Shown here in pieces: positions 47,427-57,152 of a DNA stretch of 64,000 nucleotides. The DNA lies in the NCBI GenBank assembly GCA_044222185.1, contig JBGANV010000003.1, positions 32,001 through 96,000 of the forward strand, written 5' to 3'. The notes under the pieces are model-generated. The model saw nothing but the letters and a program-made list of their open reading frames with translations. It had not been told where the DNA came from and ran no database searches. The translations under genes and the position numbers were made by a program. Within the stretch, counting starts at the first letter, position 1, and each line of letters starts with the position of its first letter. This DNA is from Planctomycetota bacterium (GTDB taxonomy: Bacteria > Planctomycetota > GCA-002687715 > CAIWVZ01).

Positions 47427-49388
47427 TCACCGACCAAGTCGACGGCGGACGTCTCGCAGGTCCTGGGCGATCCGAAGGTCCTCCGGATCCCGCGTGGCGG
47501 CCTCGGCAAGGTCCGATTCCGCACCTTGCAGGTCCCCGAGTCCGGCCTTCGCGATACCGCGCAGGGCAAGGAGCAGCGGGGTCGTCGCCTGGCCGGCGAT
47601 CGCCCCGCTTGCGAGCCGCACCATCTCTTCCAGATCCTTCGCGGACCCGGTGATCCTCTGCCGGTCCCGCAGGACCAGGATCTCCGCCTCCGTGCCGCGC
47701 ACGTCCTTGAAGGTCGTGGCGAGTTCACGGAAGCACACCGCCGCTTCGCTCAATTCTGCGAGGCGCGCATCCGGCGCCAGCGTCTGGTCCTGTGCCACCT
47801 CGCGCAGCGCGCGGCCGCTCCAAAGCAGGAGCGCCGGATTGCCGCTGCGCTCGGCGGCGTGGGGTTTGAGCGTCAACACGGCCTTCCCCGGATCCCCGCG
47901 ACGCAGGTGTGCGCGGGCGGTTTCCAAGTCGCGGACGAGGTCCCACTTCGAAAGGACGTGGGGCAGCTTTGCGTTCTCCTCCTCCGTCGGCTCCGTGGCG
48001 CTGCCAGGCGTGCGCCCGCCGATGTACGGGCCGGACACGTCCGCGGAATCGAAGACCGACTGGGCGCTATCCGCCGGGCCGCTGCCGGCGAGGATCGCGA
48101 GGAGTTGCTTTCGGAGGGCGTCGACGTCGCTTTGGCGCGAGGTTGCAAGGTCGTGCGACTCACCGCCGTCGGAAACGGTGTCGAAGAGCTCCGCGCGCCC
48201 CCCGCCCTCGATGAGCTTCAGCGGACCATTGCGGCACGCGCGCAGCCGCGCGTGCCGAAACTGGTAGTAGGCGTACAGCGTCTCCGCCCTGTCGGTGACC
48301 GCGGCGCCGGACGCTCCGCTTTCGCGCGTTGCGATCGACTTCGGGTGACGGAACCACGGAACGCCTTCGAGCCGCCGCCTTGCCGAGTCCGAGCGCCCAG
48401 GAGCGGCGATCTCCAGCAGCGTCGGCGTGACGTCCAGGATCGAAGGGGTGCCGTCCTTTGCGCCGGCATCGAATTCCAGTCCGCCGTGCGCACCGCGCGG
48501 AGGCCTGATCACCAGCGGCACGCGGAGCGTGGATTCGTACAGCAGGAACCCGTGTGTCGGTTCACCGTGGTCGCCCAATCCCTCGCCATGGTCGCCCGTC
48601 ACGATGACCCAGGCGTTGCGGCCCTTGTCGGGCATCGTGTCGAGCATGGCGCCGATGGTCGCGTCCACCGCCATGATTTCCGAGAGGTAATCGCCCTTCG
48701 ATCCTTGGGGCAACGCCGGGTTCTCGAACCGCCGCTCGTAGGGAATGTGCGGGTCGAAGAAGTGGATGAAGACGAACCGCTTCGCGACCTTGCCCTCGGT
48801 CTGCGCCAGGTAGTCGGCCGCCTTCGCCGCCGTGATCTGACAGGGGCGTTCGCGGAAGGTCTGTCCCCCACCCTTCGCCGTCGCCCGATCCGGCTGGTCG
48901 TAGATGCGGAATCCCGCATCGAGGCCGAACCGCCGCTCGAGCGGCTGCGCCGAGACGAAGGCGGCGGTGTCGAAGCCGAGCGCCTTCATCTCCTCGGCGA
49001 GGAGCGTGAAGTGGCGGCTCTCCCGCTTCGGCACCTTGAACGAGTCGTTCTCGCGAACGCCGTGACGGTCGGGGTACAGCCCGCTCATCATGGACGTGTG
49101 TGCCGGAAGCGTCAGAGGAACGGGCGTCGTCGCGAACGGCCACCAGTGTCCGTCGCGCCCGAGCTGGTCGATGACGGGCGTGGGCGACGTGCCGTCGACG
49201 AGCTTCATTCCCGCGAGGCCCAGGTGATCGGCGCGGCACGTGTCGATGGAGATCAGGATGATCGTGACGGGCTCGTCCGTCCATTGGCGCCACCAGCGCG
49301 TACCCAAGGCGCTGAGCACCACGAGGCCTGCGCCGAGGGCGACCACGAGTGGGAGCGGAAGACGTCTGCCGGTTGACACGGGCCGCAT
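47427..49388 (-). CDS. Sulfatase-like hydrolase/transferase (alkaline phosphatase superfamily) with C-terminal TPR
   Basis: ILISIDTCRAD, PLTLPAHTS, FFDPH.PY, GDHGE.LGDHGE, STLRVPL; N-terminal TM/signal. Confidence 0.88.
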   Translation of the reverse strand: MRPVSTGRRLPLPLVVALGAGLVVLSALGTRWWRQWTDEPVTIILISIDTCRADHLGLAGMKLVDGTSPTPVIDQLGRDGHWWPFATTPVPLTLPAHTSMMSGLYPDRHGVRENDSFKVPKRESRHFTLLAEEMKALGFDTAAFVSAQPLERRFGLDAGFRIYDQPDRATAKGGGQTFRERPCQITAAKAADYLAQTEGKVAKRFVFIHFFDPHIPYERRFENPALPQGSKGDYLSEIMAVDATIGAMLDTMPDKGRNAWVIVTGDHGEGLGDHGEPTHGFLLYESTLRVPLVIRPPRGAHGGLEFDAGAKDGTPSILDVTPTLLEIAAPGRSDSARRRLEGVPWFRHPKSIATRESGASGAAVTDRAETLYAYYQFRHARLRACRNGPLKLIEGGGRAELFDTVSDGGESHDLATSRQSDVDALRKQLLAILAGSGPADSAQSVFDSADVSGPYIGGRTPGSATEPTEEENAKLPHVLSKWDLVRDLETARAHLRRGDPGKAVLTLKPHAAERSGNPALLLWSGRALREVAQDQTLAPDARLAELSEAAVCFRELATTFKDVRGTEAEILVLRDRQRITGSAKDLEEMVRLASGAIAGQATTPLLLALRGIAKAGLGDLQGAESDLAEAATRDPEDLRIAQDLRDVRRRLGR

Positions 49389-49389
49389 C

Positions 49390-52260
49390 CTACCGGCGTG
49401 TCACGCGGGCTTCGATCCAGGCGAACGCCTTGCGGTAGCGGTCGCCGCCCATGCCCGGGTGTGAGCGTTTGAAGATCTCGAACCGCGTCGTGAGTGCACC
49501 GGGTGACGCCGCGGACGGATCCTCCAGCGCAATCGCCCAGATGCCGGCCCACGCTTCCCAGGCGCGCTCCGAATTCGGGTCCGTCTGCGCGATCACCTGT
49601 TCCCAGGCCCGAGTGGCGTCCTCATGCGTGCCTGCGCCCGGGATGATCGCCCACGTCAGGCTTCGCTCGACGATGCGCGGCCCGAGCACCCGCCCCCGCA
49701 GTCGAAGCCCGTCCAGCGTCGCCGCGAGGCGCGCCCCTGCCTCGGTGGTCCCAAGGTCTCGAAGAGCGCTCGCGGCCTCCTTCAGATGCTGCGTGGGATC
49801 CTCGCCCTTCGACACCGTGTCATCGGCGAGGAAGTCCAGACTCGTGACGAACCGAAGGCGGGCCGCCGCAACGTCCTCGTCGCTCGCGCGTCCGATCACG
49901 CCAGGGCGTCCGAGCAACACCCGGTCGACTTCGGCCGCCGACTCGAAGTCGCGGGCGTCGACTCCCAACTTCGCGATGGCATTCCACGTGCCGATGGATC
50001 CGGCGCGGGCGTTCGCGGGGTGGACGAGCCAGCGGCGGTAGTAGCGCGCGGCGCGCACGTCGGCGCGCCCCGTCGGGCCGCTTTCCGGTCCCGCGACGGG
50101 GTGGGCCCGGAGCGCCTCCCCGAGGCGCAATGCCATGTCCATGACGCGGGGGTCGTCCGGGTCGATGGCGTCGAGCGCCGCGAAGACCTCCTCGGCCTCG
50201 CCGAGTTCGCCGAGTCCCAGCCGCGCGCGGCCGCGAAGGTGGAGTTCGGCGGCCTGCCGTGCGGGCTGCGCCGCGTCCCTCCACGCACCCGGCGCGAGTG
50301 CTTCGAGGACCTCGCGCCACCGCGATGCGGCTTCGGCGCGGGAGGTGCCAGCGAGCCCGGCGAGCAGGGCGAGGGCGTCCCCGAGTCCGATGCGGACGTC
50401 GGCTTCGTCCGCGGGGCGTGTCGCGCCTGCTGCCGCCTGCGTCGGAAGTTCGGCAAGGATGACGCGAAGCCGAGTGATCGCGTCGGTCGCGGCGGAGGTC
50501 GCACGTTGCGGGCTCCTGGCCTCAGCGCCGGCGCGCGCTTCCCGCACGAGGCTGAAGGCAGCACGCATGCGCGCGCGCAGGCGCTCCTGGGGCGACAGCT
50601 CCGATCCCTCCGACGCGAGCCCGTCGAAGGCACGCGCGGCCTCGGCGAACTTGCCGCTCCGCTCCAACTGCCCCGCGGCTTCGAAGAGGCGATCCGTGGG
50701 CCGGGTCGAGGCGCCGGGAGCCGGATGCCGGCGGAGGAAATCCTCGACGGCCTCCACGGCAGACCGTGCCTGCGCCGCGCCGGAGTCCCGCCAGCCGCGA
50801 GCCGCATCGAGCCATCCGGCGGCGAGACGTCGCGCGGTCGCCGCTTCCGCGGCGTCGTCGGAGGCTTCGGGCTGGGCGGCGAAGGTCGTGCGGTAGCCGT
50901 CACCGAAGGCGTCCATCGCCTCCCGATGCCGCCCCGCCTCGAGCAGCACCTGCCCCAGAGTGGCCCACAAGGCGCCGCTGCGCACGAGCGCGCCGCCCCC
51001 GCGCGACTCGGTACCGCACGAGAGGATCGCCGAACGAAGGAGCCACGCTCCCGCATCGACATCCAGCGCGACGGCGTTTCTCGCGGCGGAGACCAGGATC
51101 TCGGCCGGGCCCCGCATCGCGCTTCCGCTTCGCCCCATCTCCGCGAGCACCGCGGTCGCATCTCGTCCGGCAGCATCGGACACGCCGACCCGCGCGACGT
51201 TGGCGAGGACGTCGAGCGCGAGCGCGCCGTCGCCCGACTGTCGCGCACAGCGAGCGAGTCGGACCAGCGCCTCACGACCGTATCGGCCGGGCTCGAGCCG
51301 CGCCGATGCCAGGTGGGTGCGGAGCTCGCGCCCCACACGCACCCCCGCCTCGTTGTCGTTCATCGCCAGGGCCGCACGGATTCGTGCGTCGGCCGCGAGC
51401 TCAGCCAGGTTCTTCACCGGAGACGTCGCCGTGACTGCGTCCCAGTTGATCGCACCGAGCACTCGGTCGAGCTCGTCGACAGCGTTCGACGTCTCACCCA
51501 TGGCCAGCCGCAATCGCTCGCGCCAGACCGCAGCGAACATGGCGGCGGCCGTTGCTTCACCGTCGCCAGTCTCGTTGTCGAAGACGATGCGGTCGAGCTC
51601 GGCGAGCGGCGGCCGCAGGCGCAAAGCCGGGTCGCCCCCGGACGTCTCGACCGATTGGAGTCGAACGACGGCCCACAGCAGCGTCGCCCGCACGAATCGC
51701 CGCCACTCTTGAAGGCGCGCCGCGCGGTCGGGCCGCGCGATCTGCGTTCGAACGGCGTCGGCCAGTTCTTCGGCACGGCGAAGGGCCGCGAGCGCAGCAT
51801 CCTTCGCGCGCATCTGCGCGTCACTCGTGAGCGTCGCCGCGAGGCGGGCCGTCCACTCGCCTTCCTCTCGACGCGCCTCGGCAATCTCGAGATTCGCGTC
51901 CTGCTGGACATCGGTCTTTCCGCCCTTTTGAGCGACCGACTCCAGGACGAGCGACACACGCGAAAGGAGGCGCGAGCGCCGCTCGAGGTCGAGTGTCGCG
52001 GAAATCTCGCCACGTAGCGAGGTCAAGAGGCTGCGACGGGCGCGGTCACGAACGGAGGCGGGGGCGGCCGAGTCGGCGACGATGGAATCGACGACGAGGA
52101 TCGCGAGGTCGAAGTAGCGAAGCCCTGGACCTGCCAGCTCCTCGGCGAATCGCAGCTCGATTTCCTGCGGCGACTGCCCCAGCCCGGGTGTCGTTCCGGC
52201 GAGGATCAGGATCACCGCCACGGCTGCGGAGGTCCACGGCATGCTGCGAGGCAGTGTCAT
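49390..52260 (-). CDS. Large exported alpha-helical/TPR-like hypothetical protein
   Basis: Signal peptide (...LILAGTTPGLG|Q), FAEEL...RYFDLA, ~950 aa Ala/Arg-rich helical repeats; stop 1 nt before the sulfatase-like start. Start uncertain (52242, 52260 or 52269). Confidence 0.7.
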   Translation of the reverse strand: MTLPRSMPWTSAAVAVILILAGTTPGLGQSPQEIELRFAEELAGPGLRYFDLAILVVDSIVADSAAPASVRDRARRSLLTSLRGEISATLDLERRSRLLSRVSLVLESVAQKGGKTDVQQDANLEIAEARREEGEWTARLAATLTSDAQMRAKDAALAALRRAEELADAVRTQIARPDRAARLQEWRRFVRATLLWAVVRLQSVETSGGDPALRLRPPLAELDRIVFDNETGDGEATAAAMFAAVWRERLRLAMGETSNAVDELDRVLGAINWDAVTATSPVKNLAELAADARIRAALAMNDNEAGVRVGRELRTHLASARLEPGRYGREALVRLARCARQSGDGALALDVLANVARVGVSDAAGRDATAVLAEMGRSGSAMRGPAEILVSAARNAVALDVDAGAWLLRSAILSCGTESRGGGALVRSGALWATLGQVLLEAGRHREAMDAFGDGYRTTFAAQPEASDDAAEAATARRLAAGWLDAARGWRDSGAAQARSAVEAVEDFLRRHPAPGASTRPTDRLFEAAGQLERSGKFAEAARAFDGLASEGSELSPQERLRARMRAAFSLVREARAGAEARSPQRATSAATDAITRLRVILAELPTQAAAGATRPADEADVRIGLGDALALLAGLAGTSRAEAASRWREVLEALAPGAWRDAAQPARQAAELHLRGRARLGLGELGEAEEVFAALDAIDPDDPRVMDMALRLGEALRAHPVAGPESGPTGRADVRAARYYRRWLVHPANARAGSIGTWNAIAKLGVDARDFESAAEVDRVLLGRPGVIGRASDEDVAAARLRFVTSLDFLADDTVSKGEDPTQHLKEAASALRDLGTTEAGARLAATLDGLRLRGRVLGPRIVERSLTWAIIPGAGTHEDATRAWEQVIAQTDPNSERAWEAWAGIWAIALEDPSAASPGALTTRFEIFKRSHPGMGGDRYRKAFAWIEARVTRR

Positions 52261-52396
52261 CGGGTGCATCGGGAGCCTACGACACCCCGGCGTCGGGACC
52301 CCGAAATGAGAGACGCCGGGCGCGCGGTGTCGTAACCGCATCGACCGGCGTCCACGGCGAGCCGGGTGATTCACCCGGCCGCGTCACGGCTTGATC

Positions 52397-55000
52397 TCAG
52401 TTCCCGCGGGGAACGGTCGGCTCCAGCTCCCCCGAGACCAGGATCTTCACCTTCAGGAGGACGATCAGGTCCTTCATGCTGGTGTAGTGGCCCTTGCGCG
52501 AGAAGAGGAGGCTGATGATCGGGATGTCCTTCAGGATCGGGACGCCCGAGTCGAGGTCCTGCTCTTCGAAGAATTTCAGACCGCCGAGGAGGAGGGTCGC
52601 GCCGTCAGGCATGACGACCGTCGTCTTGATGCTCTCCTTGCGCAGTTCCGGCACCTCGAAGGTGACGGCGGTACCGACACCCAGCGTCGTGGTGAACGTA
52701 CGGATCGGGCGCAGGAGCGTGGCCACGGTCGGCCGCAGCTCGAGCGTCACGAACCGGCGATCGCTCGACACCGTCGGGCGTACGTCGAGAACCACGCCTT
52801 CCTTCACCACGTCGACGATCGGGTCGGCGATGACGGCGGCCTGGGCGATTTCGACGTCGAAGTCCTTCACGTAGGCGACGTGATTGATGACCGTCAGGTG
52901 CGCGCGCTGCGTGTTGGTGACGACCAGCTTGGGCGCCGTCACGGTGTTCACGCGCTCGTACTTCTGAACCGCGCGGAGGATGGCTTCGAGCTGCGTGTCG
53001 TCCAGGTAGACGAACTGGAGCGAGAAGCCGCCCGAACCCGTGAGAGTCTCGGGGTTCCCGAGCGACGAGTTGAAGACGTTCTCCACGCGACCGCGCATGT
53101 CACCTTCGCGGCCCTGGTTGTAGAACGCGCCGGCGCTGTTGTCGTTGCCGAGGACGCTCGGCTGGCCGGGCAGCGCGAAGTCGTCGAACGGTGCGCTCGT
53201 GCCCTTGCCCGGGACGCCGACGCCACCCGAGTTGTCACCCAGGCCGCGGAAGTCGACGCCGATGTCCTGCAGGAAGTTGTTCTGCACGGAGATGAAGCGG
53301 CTCTCGATGGCGACCTGGAGGCCCGTGGTCCGGCGCAGGTTCGTGAGCAGGTCACGGATGTTGCGCTGGTTCTCGGGCGTCTGGCGAACGACGAGCGTTC
53401 CGTTCTTGTCGATGATCGAGTTGGTGCTGTCCTCGTCCCACGAGGCCTTGTCCACCGTCTGCTTGATCATGTCGATCAGGCGGTCGGACTCGATCGCACG
53501 GTTCTCTTCGCCGCTGTCGGCCTCTTCGGCCGCCGCACCACCCGGCGTCGAGCCGGACGGGTTCAGGTTGATCTCGACGCCCGGGAAGCTCGAGAGCTTC
53601 GCGACGAGGTCGCGGACCTCATAGAACTGGACGACCTTGCGCTTCCGCAGCTCGGCCGGCGTCGTGATCTTCACGAGGCCGTCTTCGACGATGTACGTGA
53701 GCTTCAAGCTCTCGACCGCGAGTTTGAGGGCCGACGCGGCGTTGATCGTGTCGAACTGGAGCGCGAGATTGCGATCGCTCGCCGGAACGGCCTCGTCGAC
53801 CGCGCGCTCGACGACGACGTTCGTGCCCGTCGAGTTGCGGATGAACTTGATGGCCTCATCCAGCGGCTTGTCCTGCCAGTCGACGCTCTTCAGCGTCGTG
53901 CCCTGGAGGCGCGCCATGATGTCGTGATCGACTTCGGAGACCTCCGTCGTTTCCTTGTTGAGCTCGATGGGACCCTTCTGGGCGATGTAGGTCCACTTCT
54001 TGATGTCCGGGTAGGTCACTTCCGCGCTCTGCGGAATGCGGATGTCCTGGACCTCTTCGAGCACGAGCTGCCAGCGACGGCGGTGCTCGGCGATGTTGTC
54101 GTTCCGCTGAAGCTCGAGCTGGGCGCGGCGAGCCTCTTCCTTCAGGCGCATGGCCTTCTGGTTTGCGAAGTCGAGCTGGATGATCTCGTCACACAGCGCC
54201 TGGACTTCCTGGAACTTCTCGCGCTTGAACATCTCGACGGCCTGGCGGTAGCGCTCGTTCACCGTGCGCTCGACGCGGGCGCGCTCCTGCTCCATGCGGT
54301 CGCGCTCGATGCTCTTCACGTCCTCGAGGCGCTTGGCCTCGAGGGCGCGATCGGCAGTCTCCTTGTCAGCCTTCGCCTGTTCGAGGGCGGCCTTCACCGA
54401 CCCCTCGTTGAAGTCGGCGTCGGCCGACGGATTCGTGCGCAGGAGCACGAGGGCCTTCTCGAAGTTCTCGATGGCCTTGGCATGGTCACCGGCGGCGCGG
54501 GCGGCCGTGCCCCAGTTGAAGTAGGTTCGGGCGAGGGTCACGGCCTGATCGTGGCGGCCGACGCTCGTCTGGAAGTCCTGCCGCGCTTCCGCGACCATCG
54601 GTTTCGTGCCGTTGCCGAGGATGGCGTTGACGCGGTCCAGCTCGTTCAACGCGTCCTTGTTGGTCGCGTCGGCGTTGTACGCAGCCTGGAACTCGCGGCG
54701 CGCATCCTCGAAGCGGCTCTGCTCCATGAACGCACGGCCCTGGGCCAGGTGCGTCTCGGCGAGAACCTTGCGCTTCTCGGCGATGGTTCCCGGGCTGCCG
54801 GCATCCTGGATCCCGCCGCTCGGTGCGGCGCCAGGTTGCTGCGCCACCATCCCGACCTGGCCTCCGCCATCGGGCGCGGTCATGGTCGAGTCAGATTGCC
54901 CGGTCGACGACTCGCTCGTGCTCGATGAGCACGATGTCGACAGGACGGCCACTCCGGTCAGCAGGACGATCGTCAGCGAAGCGGTGCAGAGTCTCATCAT
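52397..55000 (-). CDS. Secretin-family outer-membrane protein B (lipoprotein; TPR, STN/N3, secretin domain); paralog of secretin A
   Basis: Lipobox STSC; TGTNVVV; IRDLLTNLR; VAIESRF, APKLVV.NTQRA, LDVRPTVS.D, VVMPDG.TLLLGGL, GVPILKDIPIISLLF. Confidence 0.9.
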   Translation of the reverse strand: MMRLCTASLTIVLLTGVAVLSTSCSSSTSESSTGQSDSTMTAPDGGGQVGMVAQQPGAAPSGGIQDAGSPGTIAEKRKVLAETHLAQGRAFMEQSRFEDARREFQAAYNADATNKDALNELDRVNAILGNGTKPMVAEARQDFQTSVGRHDQAVTLARTYFNWGTAARAAGDHAKAIENFEKALVLLRTNPSADADFNEGSVKAALEQAKADKETADRALEAKRLEDVKSIERDRMEQERARVERTVNERYRQAVEMFKREKFQEVQALCDEIIQLDFANQKAMRLKEEARRAQLELQRNDNIAEHRRRWQLVLEEVQDIRIPQSAEVTYPDIKKWTYIAQKGPIELNKETTEVSEVDHDIMARLQGTTLKSVDWQDKPLDEAIKFIRNSTGTNVVVERAVDEAVPASDRNLALQFDTINAASALKLAVESLKLTYIVEDGLVKITTPAELRKRKVVQFYEVRDLVAKLSSFPGVEINLNPSGSTPGGAAAEEADSGEENRAIESDRLIDMIKQTVDKASWDEDSTNSIIDKNGTLVVRQTPENQRNIRDLLTNLRRTTGLQVAIESRFISVQNNFLQDIGVDFRGLGDNSGGVGVPGKGTSAPFDDFALPGQPSVLGNDNSAGAFYNQGREGDMRGRVENVFNSSLGNPETLTGSGGFSLQFVYLDDTQLEAILRAVQKYERVNTVTAPKLVVTNTQRAHLTVINHVAYVKDFDVEIAQAAVIADPIVDVVKEGVVLDVRPTVSSDRRFVTLELRPTVATLLRPIRTFTTTLGVGTAVTFEVPELRKESIKTTVVMPDGATLLLGGLKFFEEQDLDSGVPILKDIPIISLLFSRKGHYTSMKDLIVLLKVKILVSGELEPTVPRGN

Positions 55001-55230
55001 TAAGGCTCACGAATTCGGACCCGTGTCAGGCACCGAACGGGATGCTGGAGGCCGTGACCTCACGCTCGTTCTACAAGGCAGGATCATGCGCGACGCATCG
55101 TGCGACCCGCGCACCGGCACAGCGCCGTCGAGCGTGTGACCACATTCCAACGTCCGGGAGGTTGACCTTCGCTGTTGGACACCCAACGAGACAAAGATTC
55201 TCCCTTCCATCTTTCCGAACAGAGGCCCGG

Positions 55231-55258
55231 ATTATAGAGATGCGACCTTTTCCCGCAA
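55231..55258 (-). promoter_or_regulatory. Sigma70-type promoter of secretin B
   Basis: Minus strand TTGCGG-N16-TATAAT. Confidence 0.55.
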
Positions 55259-55266
55259 CCAGCGGC

Positions 55267-56316
55267 CTACCTTTTTTCCAGCGACAGAACGTCGTCGGGA
55301 AGGCCGGCTCCGGTCAAGGAAACCTTGATTTTGCGGACAGGGACCTTGCCGGTGACGGGCACGCGCTTGGCCGCGCCGGACTCGACGACGACGCGCCCCT
55401 TGGCGTCGAACACGACCTCCGCCCGCGTTTCCTCGACGTCCACGGTCTCGGCCTCGATCTTCGAGATCGTGCGCCCCGTCGAGAAGTCGACCCCGAGCGC
55501 GTCGTCCCGCGCCCCGACGGCCTGGCCCTGCTTCAGTGAGAAGACCCGGTCGCGCCACTCGCCGCCGATCCACTTGGAGACGCGGATCTGGACCTCGTCG
55601 GCCTTTTCGTCGACGAGGGCGACCTTGAAGTCCGCGATGGCCCGGGCCTCCGCCACGGGGGACGGCTCGGAGCGCCCGCGGGACGTCCTCGCCAGGTCGG
55701 CATCCTTCGCCACGGCGATCACCCGATACCGGTAGGCGTGCCCGGGCTTCACGCCCGCGTCCCGCCATTCGTGCGAGGTGCCTTCGACCGAGGCGGCGAC
55801 GGCCTCCGCGCCACCATCCTCGGCCCGCAGGATGTCGTAGGTACCGATGGCCACGTTGTTGCCAGCCGGTTCGCTCCAGGTCACGACGATGACCCCGGCA
55901 TCCGGTACGGCCTTCGTGTCCGTCGGCGCCACGAAGCGGATCTCGTTGGATTCGCCCGGTCTCAGGGTCTTCAGGTAACCCACCGGGTACGTGAGGCCCG
56001 ACGTCAGGTCGACCCCGGCCGATTCGCTCCCCTTGAGCTGGGTGACGAGCTGGCCAATCCGCTGTTTCACCGCGGTCATGCGCTCATCTACCGGGAAGAC
56101 GGTTCCCGAGAGCGTCTCGTTCAGCATCCGCGCCGCCGACTGGGCATCTTCCTGCGCGTGGCGAAAGCGCTCGGCCGGCTGAAAGAGGAATCCCGCGACC
56201 TGTGCGCCGACCACGGCGACGGCAAGCGCGGCGACCACCTTGTCCAGGTGGAGCAGGAGCCGGTCGATCATGCCGAAGCCGGCCCCGCGCTTGACCTCGA
56301 GATGTTCTTCCTTCAT
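55267..56316 (-). CDS. Membrane-anchored fibronectin type III protein at the PilP-equivalent position
   Basis: N-terminal TM helix; FN3 pattern APT...VTW...YDI.R...WRD..VKPG..YRYRV.A; ATGA overlap. Confidence 0.75.
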   Translation of the reverse strand: MKEEHLEVKRGAGFGMIDRLLLHLDKVVAALAVAVVGAQVAGFLFQPAERFRHAQEDAQSAARMLNETLSGTVFPVDERMTAVKQRIGQLVTQLKGSESAGVDLTSGLTYPVGYLKTLRPGESNEIRFVAPTDTKAVPDAGVIVVTWSEPAGNNVAIGTYDILRAEDGGAEAVAASVEGTSHEWRDAGVKPGHAYRYRVIAVAKDADLARTSRGRSEPSPVAEARAIADFKVALVDEKADEVQIRVSKWIGGEWRDRVFSLKQGQAVGARDDALGVDFSTGRTISKIEAETVDVEETRAEVVFDAKGRVVVESGAAKRVPVTGKVPVRKIKVSLTGAGLPDDVLSLEKR

Positions 56317-57152
56317 GGGTTCGTTCCCACCGCCTTGGGCGTCGGAAAACCGAGTGAAAGCGTGATCGCGACCAGCATCGGCGGATCATCCCCGGCGGCC
56401 TTGATCACATCCTCGCCGTGCGGGCGCAGCGAGAACCCCTTGAGCCGGCACACGCCCCCCGCGTCGTCGAACGCGGAAAGAAGCCCGTGCGTCAGGCGGC
56501 TGAGCCGGCTGCTCGTCACCGCGAACGCCAGTTGCACGCGCATCCGCTCGTAGGTCGGATCCGGATCGTCCGGCGGTGCCGACTCGGTCTCGATCAGCAT
56601 CTCGCGGGTCGGCGCCGCTCCGTTCTTCGCGGCGACGAGCAACAGCCGCCGCTCGATGTTGGCGATGCGCTGCCATTTGAGGATCTCGGCCTCCGGCGGA
56701 GCCGCGCCCGTCAGGAACGTCGGCTTCAAGAGCTTGAGATCGCCCGAAGCCGGGCCGCCGGCCTTGCGCAGCGCTTCGCGCAGGTCCTGAACGAACCGGT
56801 CGCAGTGGAACGCGTAGGCGCGCTGGAACTCCTCCGGCACCGGTGTTCCGGCTCCGGCGGGGATCTTCATCTCCGGGAACCACTCGAGCAACGCCGTCGC
56901 GAGCGACGCGCGCGTGGAATCGACTTCCTGTGCGGCTTGCGCGCGGAGGTCGGCGAACTGCTTCACGCCCTTCTCGTAGGCCGGACCGGCAGCCTGGCCC
57001 TTCGACTGTGCCGCACCCCGGGCCTCTTCGGTGGCCACGTCGGCAGCGTCGCCAAGCCTCGTGATCTCGGGCTTGACGAGAACGAACCAGAGGATCACGG
57101 CGAGGACGAGGAGCAGCCCGATCGTCGCCCAAAAAACCATGGAGCGATTCAT
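56313..57152 (-). CDS. PilO/GspM-like bitopic protein (Amuc_1100-like position)
   Basis: TM helix, coiled coil, then a ferredoxin-like C-terminus (YERMRVQLAF...LSRL...L); coupled to pilM. Confidence 0.6.
   Translation of the reverse strand: MNRSMVFWATIGLLLVLAVILWFVLVKPEITRLGDAADVATEEARGAAQSKGQAAGPAYEKGVKQFADLRAQAAQEVDSTRASLATALLEWFPEMKIPAGAGTPVPEEFQRAYAFHCDRFVQDLREALRKAGGPASGDLKLLKPTFLTGAAPPEAEILKWQRIANIERRLLLVAAKNGAAPTREMLIETESAPPDDPDPTYERMRVQLAFAVTSSRLSRLTHGLLSAFDDAGGVCRLKGFSLRPHGEDVIKAAGDDPPMLVAITLSLGFPTPKAVGTNP

Noticed and set aside
33835-55194. GTTGGACAC...GAGACAAA word pair upstream of both the OmcB-like gene (about 33835-33865) and secretin B (about 55174-55194)
   Set aside because: Spacing differs (14 vs 5 nt) and there are only two instances, so it cannot be distinguished from chance.
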